Source: Candidatus Moraniibacteriota bacterium | GTDB lineage: Bacteria > Patescibacteriota > Minisyncoccia > Moranbacterales > UBA1568 | NCBI GenBank assembly: GCA_016699875.1 | Contig: CP064989.1 | Location: 10,631 to 74,630, forward strand | Reading direction: 5' to 3' | Length of the DNA stretch: 64,000 nt | Shown here: positions 56,718 to 64,000 of the stretch, in pieces | Layout: each line of letters begins with the position of its first letter | How positions within the stretch are numbered: the first letter of the stretch is position 1 | The notes under the pieces: model-generated | Seen by the model: the letters and a program-made list of their open reading frames with translations, nothing else | Databases searched by the model: none | What the model was told of the DNA's origin: nothing | Position numbers and translations under genes: made by a program

Positions 56718-57845
56718 CTATTGTCCTTTCAGTGTAGAATCTTTCCCGATTCGTATCAAGATGCCCATAGCCGCCATCAGGAATACGATAGATGTGCCGC
56801 CATAGCTTACAAACGGAAGCGGAATACCGGTAAGAGGAATGAGTGCCGTCGCCGCCGCAATATTGATAAACGCCTGAAAGATAACCCAGGACACAATACC
56901 CGCCGCCGCATACCGCCCAAAGTCATCCGGCGCAAGCCGCGCGATGCGAAGCCCTTGCCACGCAATAAACACGAAGAGCCCAATCAGCAGAACCGATACA
57001 AAGAATCCCCACTCTTCCGAGAAAATAGCGAAAATGGAATCCGTCACCGGTTCGGGAAGATAATTGAACTTCTGCCGGCTGAGTCCGAGTCCGAGTCCGA
57101 AGAGCCCGCCACTCCCGATCGCGATAAGCGCCTGATTTATCTGATACCCCGCTCCCTTCGGATCGAAGTCCGGATTCATAAATACCATGAAGCGCTGAAG
57201 CCGATAGGGAGCCAGCTTAATAAGGAGTGCGAGCATAGCCAGTCCGGAAACGAAGAGTCCGAAGAGATGGGAAATCTTCGCTCCCGCAATAAAATAGACC
57301 GATACCGCCATGAGAAAGATGAGTCCGAATGTCCCCGTATCGGGCTGTTTCATAATGAGGAATCCGACCACCCCCAAAACCACGAGAAACGGCACGAGGT
57401 CTTCAAGAAAGTCGCCGACCAGCTTTCTCTCTTTTCGCGAGAACCACGCCGCAAGGTAGAGCACAAATGAGAACTTCGCCATCTCAGACGGCTGAAAAGA
57501 AAACGGCCCGATCGAAAGCCAGCGGCTCGCTCCATACACACGATCGCCGACACCGGGAATAAGCACGGCAATGAGCGCCAAAACCGTCGCCACAAACAGC
57601 GGAAAAGCAAGTCGGCGCCATACATGATAGTCGAGCTGCTGGAAAGCGAAAAGTGCTATCAACCCGATACCGACACCGAGAAGCTGCCGTTTCAGAAAAA
57701 AGTAGTCATCACCGAATCGCGTCTCGCCATAAAAAACACCGGCACTCGCAATGGTCACGAGCCCGATGACCACAAGAGCCAAGACCGAGAAAAAGAGGCT
57801 TCGACTATGAAATGAAGATGAGGAAGAATGAGCATCGGATCGCAC
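56718..57845 (-). CDS. ftsW: SEDS-family peptidoglycan glycosyltransferase / lipid II flippase (FtsW/RodA)
   Basis: 10-TM SEDS architecture. 'QPSEMAKF' and 'DSIFAIFSEEWGF' motifs. Confidence 0.75.
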   Translation of the reverse strand: MRSDAHSSSSSFHSRSLFFSVLALVVIGLVTIASAGVFYGETRFGDDYFFLKRQLLGVGIGLIALFAFQQLDYHVWRRLAFPLFVATVLALIAVLIPGVGDRVYGASRWLSIGPFSFQPSEMAKFSFVLYLAAWFSRKERKLVGDFLEDLVPFLVVLGVVGFLIMKQPDTGTFGLIFLMAVSVYFIAGAKISHLFGLFVSGLAMLALLIKLAPYRLQRFMVFMNPDFDPKGAGYQINQALIAIGSGGLFGLGLGLSRQKFNYLPEPVTDSIFAIFSEEWGFFVSVLLIGLFVFIAWQGLRIARLAPDDFGRYAAAGIVSWVIFQAFINIAAATALIPLTGIPLPFVSYGGTSIVFLMAAMGILIRIGKDSTLKGQ

Positions 57846-57905
57846 AGCGTTTTGTTGACAATTTGTATATTGATATACCCCTCCAACAGCAGATCCCGAA
57901 ACCCG

Positions 57906-58562
57906 TTACCGTCTCTCTGAGGAATGTTCCTGTCGCCACCGATCGATATCGGCATGATTTCCGGAGAGCAAGACCTCCGGAACCTTCCACCCATTGAATA
58001 CTTCCGGTTTCGTATACTGAGGATGTTCGAGATACCCCGGTTCACGATGTGATTCCGTGTCCGCGCTCGTCTCATTGCCGAGCACTCCCGGCACAAGACG
58101 CGCCACCGCATCGATCACCGTGAGCGCCGGCAACTCGCCGCCCGTCAGCACAAAGTCTCCAATCGAAAGTTCTTCGTCCGCTATATGTTCCGCCACGCGC
58201 TCATCCACTCCTTCATAGCGCCCGCAAATAAAGATGAGCTGTTCATACGCCGACAGTCTCCGCACATCTTCTTGTCGGAACGCCTTCCCCTTTGCCGACA
58301 GCAAGATGACGCGACGCGATGCTGCAGGCTGCATTCTCAATGATTCAACCGCCTTCCAAATAGGCTCCGCCTTCATCACCATGCCTGCTCCTCCGCCATA
58401 GGGCGTATCATCGGTTTTGTGATGTTTGTCAGCGGTAAAGTCGCGAATATTGTGCGTCGCAATCGAGATATGCCCCGCCTCCTGCGCGCGCTTCAAAATA
58501 GACTCGCCGATATAGGAGTCAAACATGCGAGGAAAGAGTGTGAGAATATCGAAACGCATCAT
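57906..58562 (-). CDS. trmD: tRNA (guanine37-N1)-methyltransferase
   Basis: '[14 protein letters not shown]', '[10 protein letters not shown]', '[12 protein letters not shown]'. Confidence 0.85.
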   Translation of the reverse strand: MMRFDILTLFPRMFDSYIGESILKRAQEAGHISIATHNIRDFTADKHHKTDDTPYGGGAGMVMKAEPIWKAVESLRMQPAASRRVILLSAKGKAFRQEDVRRLSAYEQLIFICGRYEGVDERVAEHIADEELSIGDFVLTGGELPALTVIDAVARLVPGVLGNETSADTESHREPGYLEHPQYTKPEVFNGWKVPEVLLSGNHADIDRWRQEHSSERR

Positions 58563-58737
58563 ACATTGGTGATAAGCAAGCAAATGAATAATAGCACGCC
58601 GAAAATGATGAAAAAAGCCGGCTTACTTTCAAAAGGCAAAGCGATAAAAAAACAAACCGCCTCTTCTCCTCCTTATTATTCGGAGAACAGGCGGTCAAAC
58701 AAAACAATCGACTCTATTATCTGTCGCGAGAACTCAC

Positions 58738-59064
58738 TTAGTAACACCCGTACGCATTTCTCTGATTGCGACAGCGCCGTGGTGGCGGTCCGGGATCGTC
58801 ATGATGCCGATGTCTGCCATACCGATAATACGGAGGCGGACCCGGATCATATCCGCGACGAGAGGGCTTGCCCGACATACGTCCAAGAGCAAACCAAACA
58901 AAAGCTCCAACAGCAGCACCTACAATAGCAGCGCCCTCATTATTGCTGTCCACTTGCTGACGAGGCACATTCCGAGAGGAACCATAGTTCTGTGGCGGAT
59001 TGGCACATCCAAAAAGGAGTGACGCAGCCAGCAAGAACACGATGCCATTCCGAGAGCCTTTCAT
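58738..59064 (-). CDS. Putative lipoprotein with a glycine-zipper segment and a Pro/Arg/His-rich tail
   Basis: 'MKGSRNGIVFLLAASLLFGC' (signal peptide plus lipobox-like LFGC), 'GAAIVGAAVGAFVWFALG', then 'PGPPPYYRYGRHRHHDDPGPPPRR'. Confidence 0.45.
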   Translation of the reverse strand: MKGSRNGIVFLLAASLLFGCANPPQNYGSSRNVPRQQVDSNNEGAAIVGAAVGAFVWFALGRMSGKPSRRGYDPGPPPYYRYGRHRHHDDPGPPPRRCRNQRNAYGCY

Positions 59065-59179
59065 AGCAATCTCCTTCCCCGATCGTATCGGGCGCAGTTT
59101 GAAGAGAAAAAATGAACTACAGACAAGCCACTCTTTTGTAGCACAGAAACAGCTATCTGTCCAGAGCATTCATCTCGAT

Positions 59180-59929
59180 CTATCGACAATATCGCTCCGC
59201 GCGCTTGAGTTGATCAGGGTCATTGATGCCGAGAGCTTCGTGCGTATCCCGCACAGCAAGAGCCACGACGCGCTCTCCGCTCTCGCGGGCAATACGCACA
59301 AGGTCGGTCAGGTAGTATTCTCGAGCGGCATTGTCTCGAGAGAGCGCCCCGATATGCGCGCGGAGCCACTTCGCATCGAAGGCATAGTAGCTCGTATTCA
59401 CCTCGCGAATATCCCGTTCGCTCTCGGACGCATCCTTCCACTCAACAATGCTTTCCACATCCCCCGCCTCATTTCGAAGAATACGCCCGTAGTGCAAAAA
59501 GGTCGCGTTCTCCCCGTCAAAGTCCGGCACTACCGCCGTCACCAGCGCAATACGTGCGGCCGTCTCTTTCTGAAACGCGAGAAGTCTCTCAATCGTCTCC
59601 CGACTGATAAGCGGGTGGTCCCCCGGCACCACGACGACTCGCTCTATTTCCTCGTCCGGAAGCATATCCATCGCTGAGCGCACCGCATCCCCCGTCCCGA
59701 GCGGCTCCGCCTGCACCGCATACAAGAGCTCCTCGCCCAGCGCGCGCCGCACTTCTTCCCCTTTGTACCCGATCGTCACAACCGGTTTCGGGAAGATCGG
59801 CGTGAGCGCATCAAGCAATCGCCGTACGATCGGCACGCCGTTCACCAAGTGCAATACCTTCGGCATCTCCGACCGCATCCGCGTCCCCTTCCCCCCGGCA
59901 AGAATAATGAGTTGATCCATATCCCCCAT
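59180..59929 (-). CDS. Sugar-1-phosphate nucleotidyltransferase (GlmU N-terminal uridyltransferase-like, no acetyltransferase domain)
   Basis: 'LAGGKGTRMRSEMPKVLH' and 'LGTGDAV'. Ends without the left-handed beta-helix hexapeptide domain. Confidence 0.7.
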   Translation of the reverse strand: MGDMDQLIILAGGKGTRMRSEMPKVLHLVNGVPIVRRLLDALTPIFPKPVVTIGYKGEEVRRALGEELLYAVQAEPLGTGDAVRSAMDMLPDEEIERVVVVPGDHPLISRETIERLLAFQKETAARIALVTAVVPDFDGENATFLHYGRILRNEAGDVESIVEWKDASESERDIREVNTSYYAFDAKWLRAHIGALSRDNAAREYYLTDLVRIARESGERVVALAVRDTHEALGINDPDQLKRAERYCR

Positions 59930-60057
59930 ACTACTCTGGTTTCCAAAAACTTTTCAAGCGCCCGCCAAACATCTACCTAAAATAAAAACCCTCGGAAGCA
60001 TGCGGCGGTTACCGCTTTATTCCGAGGGTGTATTAACTTCAATTTCACAGGCAGATA

Positions 60058-60525
60058 CTACTGCCCGGTATCCTTTTTGTAGCGATCTATCGCCTCTCGC
60101 AGATCCCTAGCTGTCGAGACAAGATCAAGGAAATACAGGGTCATAACCTGTCGCATCATGTCCGGATCAGACATGACGGATGACACATCTGCCAAACAAG
60201 TGCCTCCCGAGAGTCTCCCTACTTCTTTCAGCACTTCAGAGACGAGATTCTCTGACGGCGACCCCAAGGGGATCTTCTCGAATTCTTGAAGAGCCTTATT
60301 TGTCAAATCTTCAAGGCGCTTCTTTTCATCGGATCCCTTGGCAAAGTCGAGATCATGGACATGAACCAAGCATTGCTGCTCAGCAGAGTTGGGAACATCT
60401 GTTCTTTCACTGGAAACTACTGATGAAATTCCAATCAAACCCAGCAAAACAAGAGCTGCCGGATTCTGAAACAACACATGAATCAGCGCTGTGCAGCAAG
60501 ACGTTAACGATGCGGGAGCATACAT
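60058..60525 (-). CDS. Hypothetical exported protein
   Basis: N-terminal hydrophobic segment. No motif. Confidence 0.35.
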   Translation of the reverse strand: MYAPASLTSCCTALIHVLFQNPAALVLLGLIGISSVVSSERTDVPNSAEQQCLVHVHDLDFAKGSDEKKRLEDLTNKALQEFEKIPLGSPSENLVSEVLKEVGRLSGGTCLADVSSVMSDPDMMRQVMTLYFLDLVSTARDLREAIDRYKKDTGQ

Positions 60526-60540
60526 GGCAATAACACTCCT

Positions 60541-60984
60541 CTACCAGTTTGGACCGCCAGCTGAAATGCCGATATAGACGGAAACAATGGATTCATTGTC
60601 CCCGCCATCGAAGTACATATATCGACCGGCACGAACGCCCACAGACACATCTCCCCATTTCCCATTTCCGAGATCAATCGGTTTTCTCGCTTCAATGCCA
60701 AGCCACGGCTCCGCCCGATTATTCCAAGGTTCGTCCGAGTGCTCCGAAGCTTTGATGCCGGCAGCTACGTAGGGCACGAGAAACCATCCATTTCCCAAAT
60801 TCGAAACGACATACCCTTGCTTGAAATAGCCGTCGAATTTGAATCCAGACTCCTCGCTGGAACTGGAATCGGTATAACTTCCTTCGCCCCAGCCAATCCA
60901 TGGCGTATCGCCCCGTTCAAGAGCAAATACCGGCGAAATAGAAATCATGCTCAGCAATGCCCCAACAACGATAGAACTTTTCAT
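60541..60984 (-). CDS. Hypothetical secreted protein (Gly/Trp/Tyr-rich, beta-rich)
   Basis: Signal peptide 'MKSSIVVGALLSMISISPVFA'. Confidence 0.4.
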   Translation of the reverse strand: MKSSIVVGALLSMISISPVFALERGDTPWIGWGEGSYTDSSSSEESGFKFDGYFKQGYVVSNLGNGWFLVPYVAAGIKASEHSDEPWNNRAEPWLGIEARKPIDLGNGKWGDVSVGVRAGRYMYFDGGDNESIVSVYIGISAGGPNW

Positions 60985-61046
60985 TAGTTCACCTCATTAC
61001 GAGAGTTGGAAAGACAGATAAAAGATGTAGCCAGATTATCCACAAC

Positions 61047-61880
61047 CTACTTTTGCCGAATCCTTTCAGCAATTTCCTGAACACCTCCTGAAATAGTGAC
61101 ACATCGAAGCTTTCCCAGATCGCGAAGCCCCGACACCCTCCTCAAGAACAAGTCGAAATCGCCCCTCTTCACCGTAAATCTGTCAACCGGATCAGCGGAG
61201 CTCTCTGTCGATATCGCTATCTTATGAAAAACGATAACGACAAGCCCCTGAGTACCCAGCACTTTTTGGAGAATGGACTCCATGGAGTCATACGAAGTTC
61301 CGACATGCGAAAGATCGAATACCGGAATCGCTCGAACATCAAGATTCTCAGGAAGAATGACGCTTTCTCCCCATGCCATACGGTTGGTTGAGAAACGCAT
61401 CATAACGACCGATTGAATATCACGAGTAAATTCTCCGTAGGGAGCGGCAAACGATGTCGCTCGTATGCCGTGGCGTTCCAAATCTCTCGAAGATTGTTCG
61501 ATTTCATCGACAACCGACGCAATAGGTATCTTTGTCAGGTTCGCATGAGTCGCCGAATGATTGGCTATTTCCCAGCCGCTATCTCGTGCTCTCTCGATAT
61601 CCTTCCATGTCGCATGAAAATCATACGCGCCGATAAGCCTTGTCGGAACATAGACCGTCCCAACCAACCCTTCGCGATGCATACGGTCTATAGCATACGG
61701 GAACGATCGATGAGCATCATCAAAAACAATGGCCACCAGCGGAAAACGATCGCCATTGACAGCCGCCAAAGAAGGCGGAAGTAATGATGAGAACAGTCCG
61801 GATATACAGAATATTGCCAAGAACAATCTCCGAACAGCAAAAGACACTTTCTCTGCATATTTCACATTGCATCTCCTCAT
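61047..61880 (-). CDS. Polysaccharide deacetylase (CE4 / NodB homology domain)
   Basis: 'VAIVFDDAHRSF' and 'WEIANHSATHANLT' (CE4 motifs 1 and 2). Has a signal anchor. Its start overlaps the upstream GT2 gene. Confidence 0.8.
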   Translation of the reverse strand: MRRCNVKYAEKVSFAVRRLFLAIFCISGLFSSLLPPSLAAVNGDRFPLVAIVFDDAHRSFPYAIDRMHREGLVGTVYVPTRLIGAYDFHATWKDIERARDSGWEIANHSATHANLTKIPIASVVDEIEQSSRDLERHGIRATSFAAPYGEFTRDIQSVVMMRFSTNRMAWGESVILPENLDVRAIPVFDLSHVGTSYDSMESILQKVLGTQGLVVIVFHKIAISTESSADPVDRFTVKRGDFDLFLRRVSGLRDLGKLRCVTISGGVQEIAERIRQK

Positions 61881-61900
61881 TTCTGTCACACCATGGCACT

Positions 61901-63046
61901 TCAATGCCCCTTCTGCCATTTTCCAAGATTTCTTCCGAGAATTATTTCAAGCCATAACGCCCTCCACAGTACACAAGCATTGATGATCAGGATAGGGAAA
62001 TAACAGAAGAAAGACACGAGAACCGTCCGCAGTCTTCCCATCATGAATCCTTTTACGGAACACACGGAAAAGAGCAGCAAGACCTGCAAAAGCAATGCTA
62101 TGCTGCCGCCCCGAAACAGACTTCCCGTATAGAGAGACAGTCCGACAACAAACGTTACCCAGCCGAACATGAAATCCAGAATATACCAGTAAGCCAAGAG
62201 ACCGAGCTTCCAATTCCGAAATCGACCCCGTCGGACCTTCATACACTGGAGATAGCCGCAATACCATCGGTTTAGCTGAGCAACAAGTATCGAGAAGCTC
62301 GGAGGATCGACTGGGTAGCACATCGCCTCCCCGACAAAAGCAACTTCTTTTCCTTTATCGAGCAGCTCCCAAGTAAGATCCATGTCTTCGGCTATAGTCC
62401 GCTCTCGAAACAATCCCGCGCCGTCGATAGCGCTTTTCCGAAAAAGCGCAAAACACCCGCTGCAAACGAAGACTGCTCCGATGTGATTCTGAGCGCGCTT
62501 ATAAATCGCTATACCAACGATATATTCGATAAACCTCGCCCGCTCCCAAAAGGATTTGATTCTCTGAGGAACAACATATCCACAAGCTGCTACCACCTTT
62601 TCGATATGAAATGCCGGAAGCACTTTCTCCAAAGCATCTCTCTCGAGAATCGTATCTCCATCAACAATACAGACAAATTCCGATTGAATTCTTCTCAAGG
62701 CGTAATTCAGAGCCTGGGACTTCGTCCCTGAATTTCTTGGAGTACGAAGTACTGTTACACCAAACCGCTGGGCTATCTCGCCGGTTCCATCCGTTGAACA
62801 GTCGTCAACAACGATAATTTCCCGAACGGGGAAAGTTTGTCGCTGAATACTCAACACTGTCATTCCAATAGATTTTGCTTCATTAAAAGCCGGGATGACC
62901 ACTGTCACCTCCCACGTCTTTCGAGGCGCCACCTTCATATGTTTTGGAGGAAGACCAAACCACCAATGCCAGTCAGTCAAACGATTCCAGGCTTTGTTGT
63001 ACGCCGTCACCTCCGCACCTTCTCCTACACCATCTTTCACTTTCAT
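61901..63046 (-). CDS. Processive family-2 glycosyltransferase (PgaC/IcaA/NodC-like N-acetylglucosaminyltransferase type)
   Basis: 'VVIPAFNEAKSI', 'VVDDCSTDGT', 'CIVDGDTILE' and 'QLNRWYCGY' (QxxRW), with C-terminal TM helices. Confidence 0.75.
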   Translation of the reverse strand: MKVKDGVGEGAEVTAYNKAWNRLTDWHWWFGLPPKHMKVAPRKTWEVTVVIPAFNEAKSIGMTVLSIQRQTFPVREIIVVDDCSTDGTGEIAQRFGVTVLRTPRNSGTKSQALNYALRRIQSEFVCIVDGDTILERDALEKVLPAFHIEKVVAACGYVVPQRIKSFWERARFIEYIVGIAIYKRAQNHIGAVFVCSGCFALFRKSAIDGAGLFRERTIAEDMDLTWELLDKGKEVAFVGEAMCYPVDPPSFSILVAQLNRWYCGYLQCMKVRRGRFRNWKLGLLAYWYILDFMFGWVTFVVGLSLYTGSLFRGGSIALLLQVLLLFSVCSVKGFMMGRLRTVLVSFFCYFPILIINACVLWRALWLEIILGRNLGKWQKGH

Positions 63047-63244
63047 TGCATTCTCTCCTTCGCAAGGATTGCATATTTCATACTTACAAATTGTCAATGA
63101 GCAGAAAGTTCAGTATGTACAATGATAGCTTTCCTGTCAAGTGGAAATGCGTCTGTGTTTGACAGTAGAGGATATATATGGTTAATTCCATACGTATACA
63201 TCTTCTAGCTCATTCACAACACGTCAATCGGAGCGATCGATACC

Positions 63245-63814
63245 ATGTACTATTCCAGAAAGTATACGAAGTATGCATTAGGCGCACTTCTTGCAATCTT
63301 TGTCTCCATTTCCTCATTCCTAGCGAGAGATGCCTTGTGCGACGAACACTCCCAGCAAAAGCATGAGCCGAAAATTATCGTTGACCTCAATCGATTTGAA
63401 CTGAAGTATTACGACAATTCCGGAAAACTTCGCCTTCAATCGATAGCAACAGGTGGAGCCCGTTGGTGCAACGACATCAACCGCTCATGCCAGACGCCTT
63501 CCGGTACATATCGCATCGTAAGAAAATATGGAGATAATTACCGGTCTAAAAGCTACCCGATTTCTTGTTTTCAGCCTTGCAATAAAAGTGGTAGCTGCGT
63601 AAGAAGCCGAATTTGTGGAGCAAAAATGCCCTATTACATGGAGCTATCTGAGAAATATGCATTTGGAATCCACGGAGGATTCGTGCCACGAGAGCCGCTT
63701 GCACACGTAACACATGCCTGCATACGCATACCCTGGGGAAAAGCGCGAGAAATTTCTCAGCTCGCCCCCGAAGGTACCCTTGTCATTGTGTTGCCGTACA
63801 TGCCAAACTTCTAG
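63245..63814 (+). CDS. L,D-transpeptidase (YkuD family)
   Basis: Signal peptide. Catalytic 'GIHGGFVPREPLAHVTHACIRIP' (H...SHGC[IV]R motif). Confidence 0.8.
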   Translation: MYYSRKYTKYALGALLAIFVSISSFLARDALCDEHSQQKHEPKIIVDLNRFELKYYDNSGKLRLQSIATGGARWCNDINRSCQTPSGTYRIVRKYGDNYRSKSYPISCFQPCNKSGSCVRSRICGAKMPYYMELSEKYAFGIHGGFVPREPLAHVTHACIRIPWGKAREISQLAPEGTLVIVLPYMPNF

Positions 63815-63844
63815 TGGAAAGATATCCACATAGGCAATAACCGA

Positions 63845-63898
63845 AAAACGACCCCTTCCAACATTGCTTGGAACTCGGGTCGTTTTTTCTATTTTTTC
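63845..63898 (+). terminator. Rho-independent terminator after the L,D-transpeptidase gene
   Basis: aaaacgaccc-(loop)-gggtcgtttt followed by tctattttttc. Confidence 0.55.
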
Positions 63899-63920
63899 AA
63901 CACATCAATCCTAAATCTTC

Positions 63921-64000
63921 TTATTCCTTGCGGGAATCAGCGCCAGTAGTTTGTTCCTTCACATCGATTGTCCCAGCATTATTATCGTGCACATGTACCA
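63921..64000 (-). CDS. 3' end of an unidentified minus-strand CDS (extends beyond window)
   Basis: Open frame ending '...VHVHDNNAGTIDVKEQTTGADSRKE*' with stop at 63921-63923. Too short to classify. Confidence 0.25.
   Translation of the reverse strand, partial: VHVHDNNAGTIDVKEQTTGADSRKE

Noticed and set aside
1-64000. CRISPR arrays, rRNA genes, integrases/recombinases, phage structural genes, toxin-antitoxin pairs
   Set aside because: Looked for regularly spaced direct repeats, rRNA-like conserved stretches and the corresponding protein motifs on both strands; none were found. The only repeats are the 157-bp IR pair, the 15-bp IS ends, the 73-bp ATPase-tail duplicate and short iterons at about 37735.

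Overview
This is a densely coding 64 kb bacterial segment of roughly 50% GC. Shine-Dalgarno sites are weak or absent before many genes, there are many 4-nt overlaps between genes, ProRS is short and PyrH is archaeal-type. Together these suggest a small-genome, Patescibacteria/CPR-like organism, but this is inference. Positions are by eye and may be off by 1-2 nt.

Housekeeping content:
- tRNA-Ala(CGC), tRNA-Val(CAC), rplI, pyrG, rpmA, proS, pyrH, rnhA, recJ, hpf, trmD.
- A peptidoglycan block murB-murC-murG-ftsW.

The most unusual structure is a 14 kb envelope-glycosylation locus (12018-26286):
- One GT-C glycosyltransferase with the canonical DE motif.
- Four tandem ArnT/PMT-like GT-C paralogs that all carry a DQ(A/S)RD variant of that motif and an invariant 'RFAWNPN' signature, plus a decayed fifth-copy remnant.
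- A YdjC-type deacetylase and a GT2 polyprenyl-phosphate glycosyltransferase (the lipid-linked donor maker).
- Two paralogous membrane-anchored GH28/pectate-lyase-3 beta-helix proteins bracketing the paralog array on either side.
- A sixth, more distant GT-C-like gene at 37878 next to a GT4.

Other accessory features:
- A 1721-aa cyclic beta-1,2-glucan-synthase-like protein (GT84 + GH94-like).
- A tRNA-Ala-adjacent island of mixed composition (7411-11300): an AT-rich RibD_C-like reductase, a compact IS1595-family IS with 15-bp terminal inverted repeats, and a GC-rich receiver-like/Cys-rich gene preceded by a strong Shine-Dalgarno site. These lie between two near-identical 157-bp inverted repeats that each hold an internal GC hairpin. 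A second GC-rich hypothetical gene follows.
- A GldA/GldF-GldG-like ABC system with a fused permease-auxiliary protein.
- An Ada-type zinc-binding domain on a membrane-anchored protein.
- A MacA-MacB(ATPase) pair with no FtsX permease. In its place sits a ~28% GC four-TM gene next to a remnant C-terminal fragment of a second MacB-like ATPase.
- A PgaC/PgaB-like GT2 + CE4 deacetylase pair with an L,D-transpeptidase.

No CRISPR array, rRNA or phage structural genes were seen.
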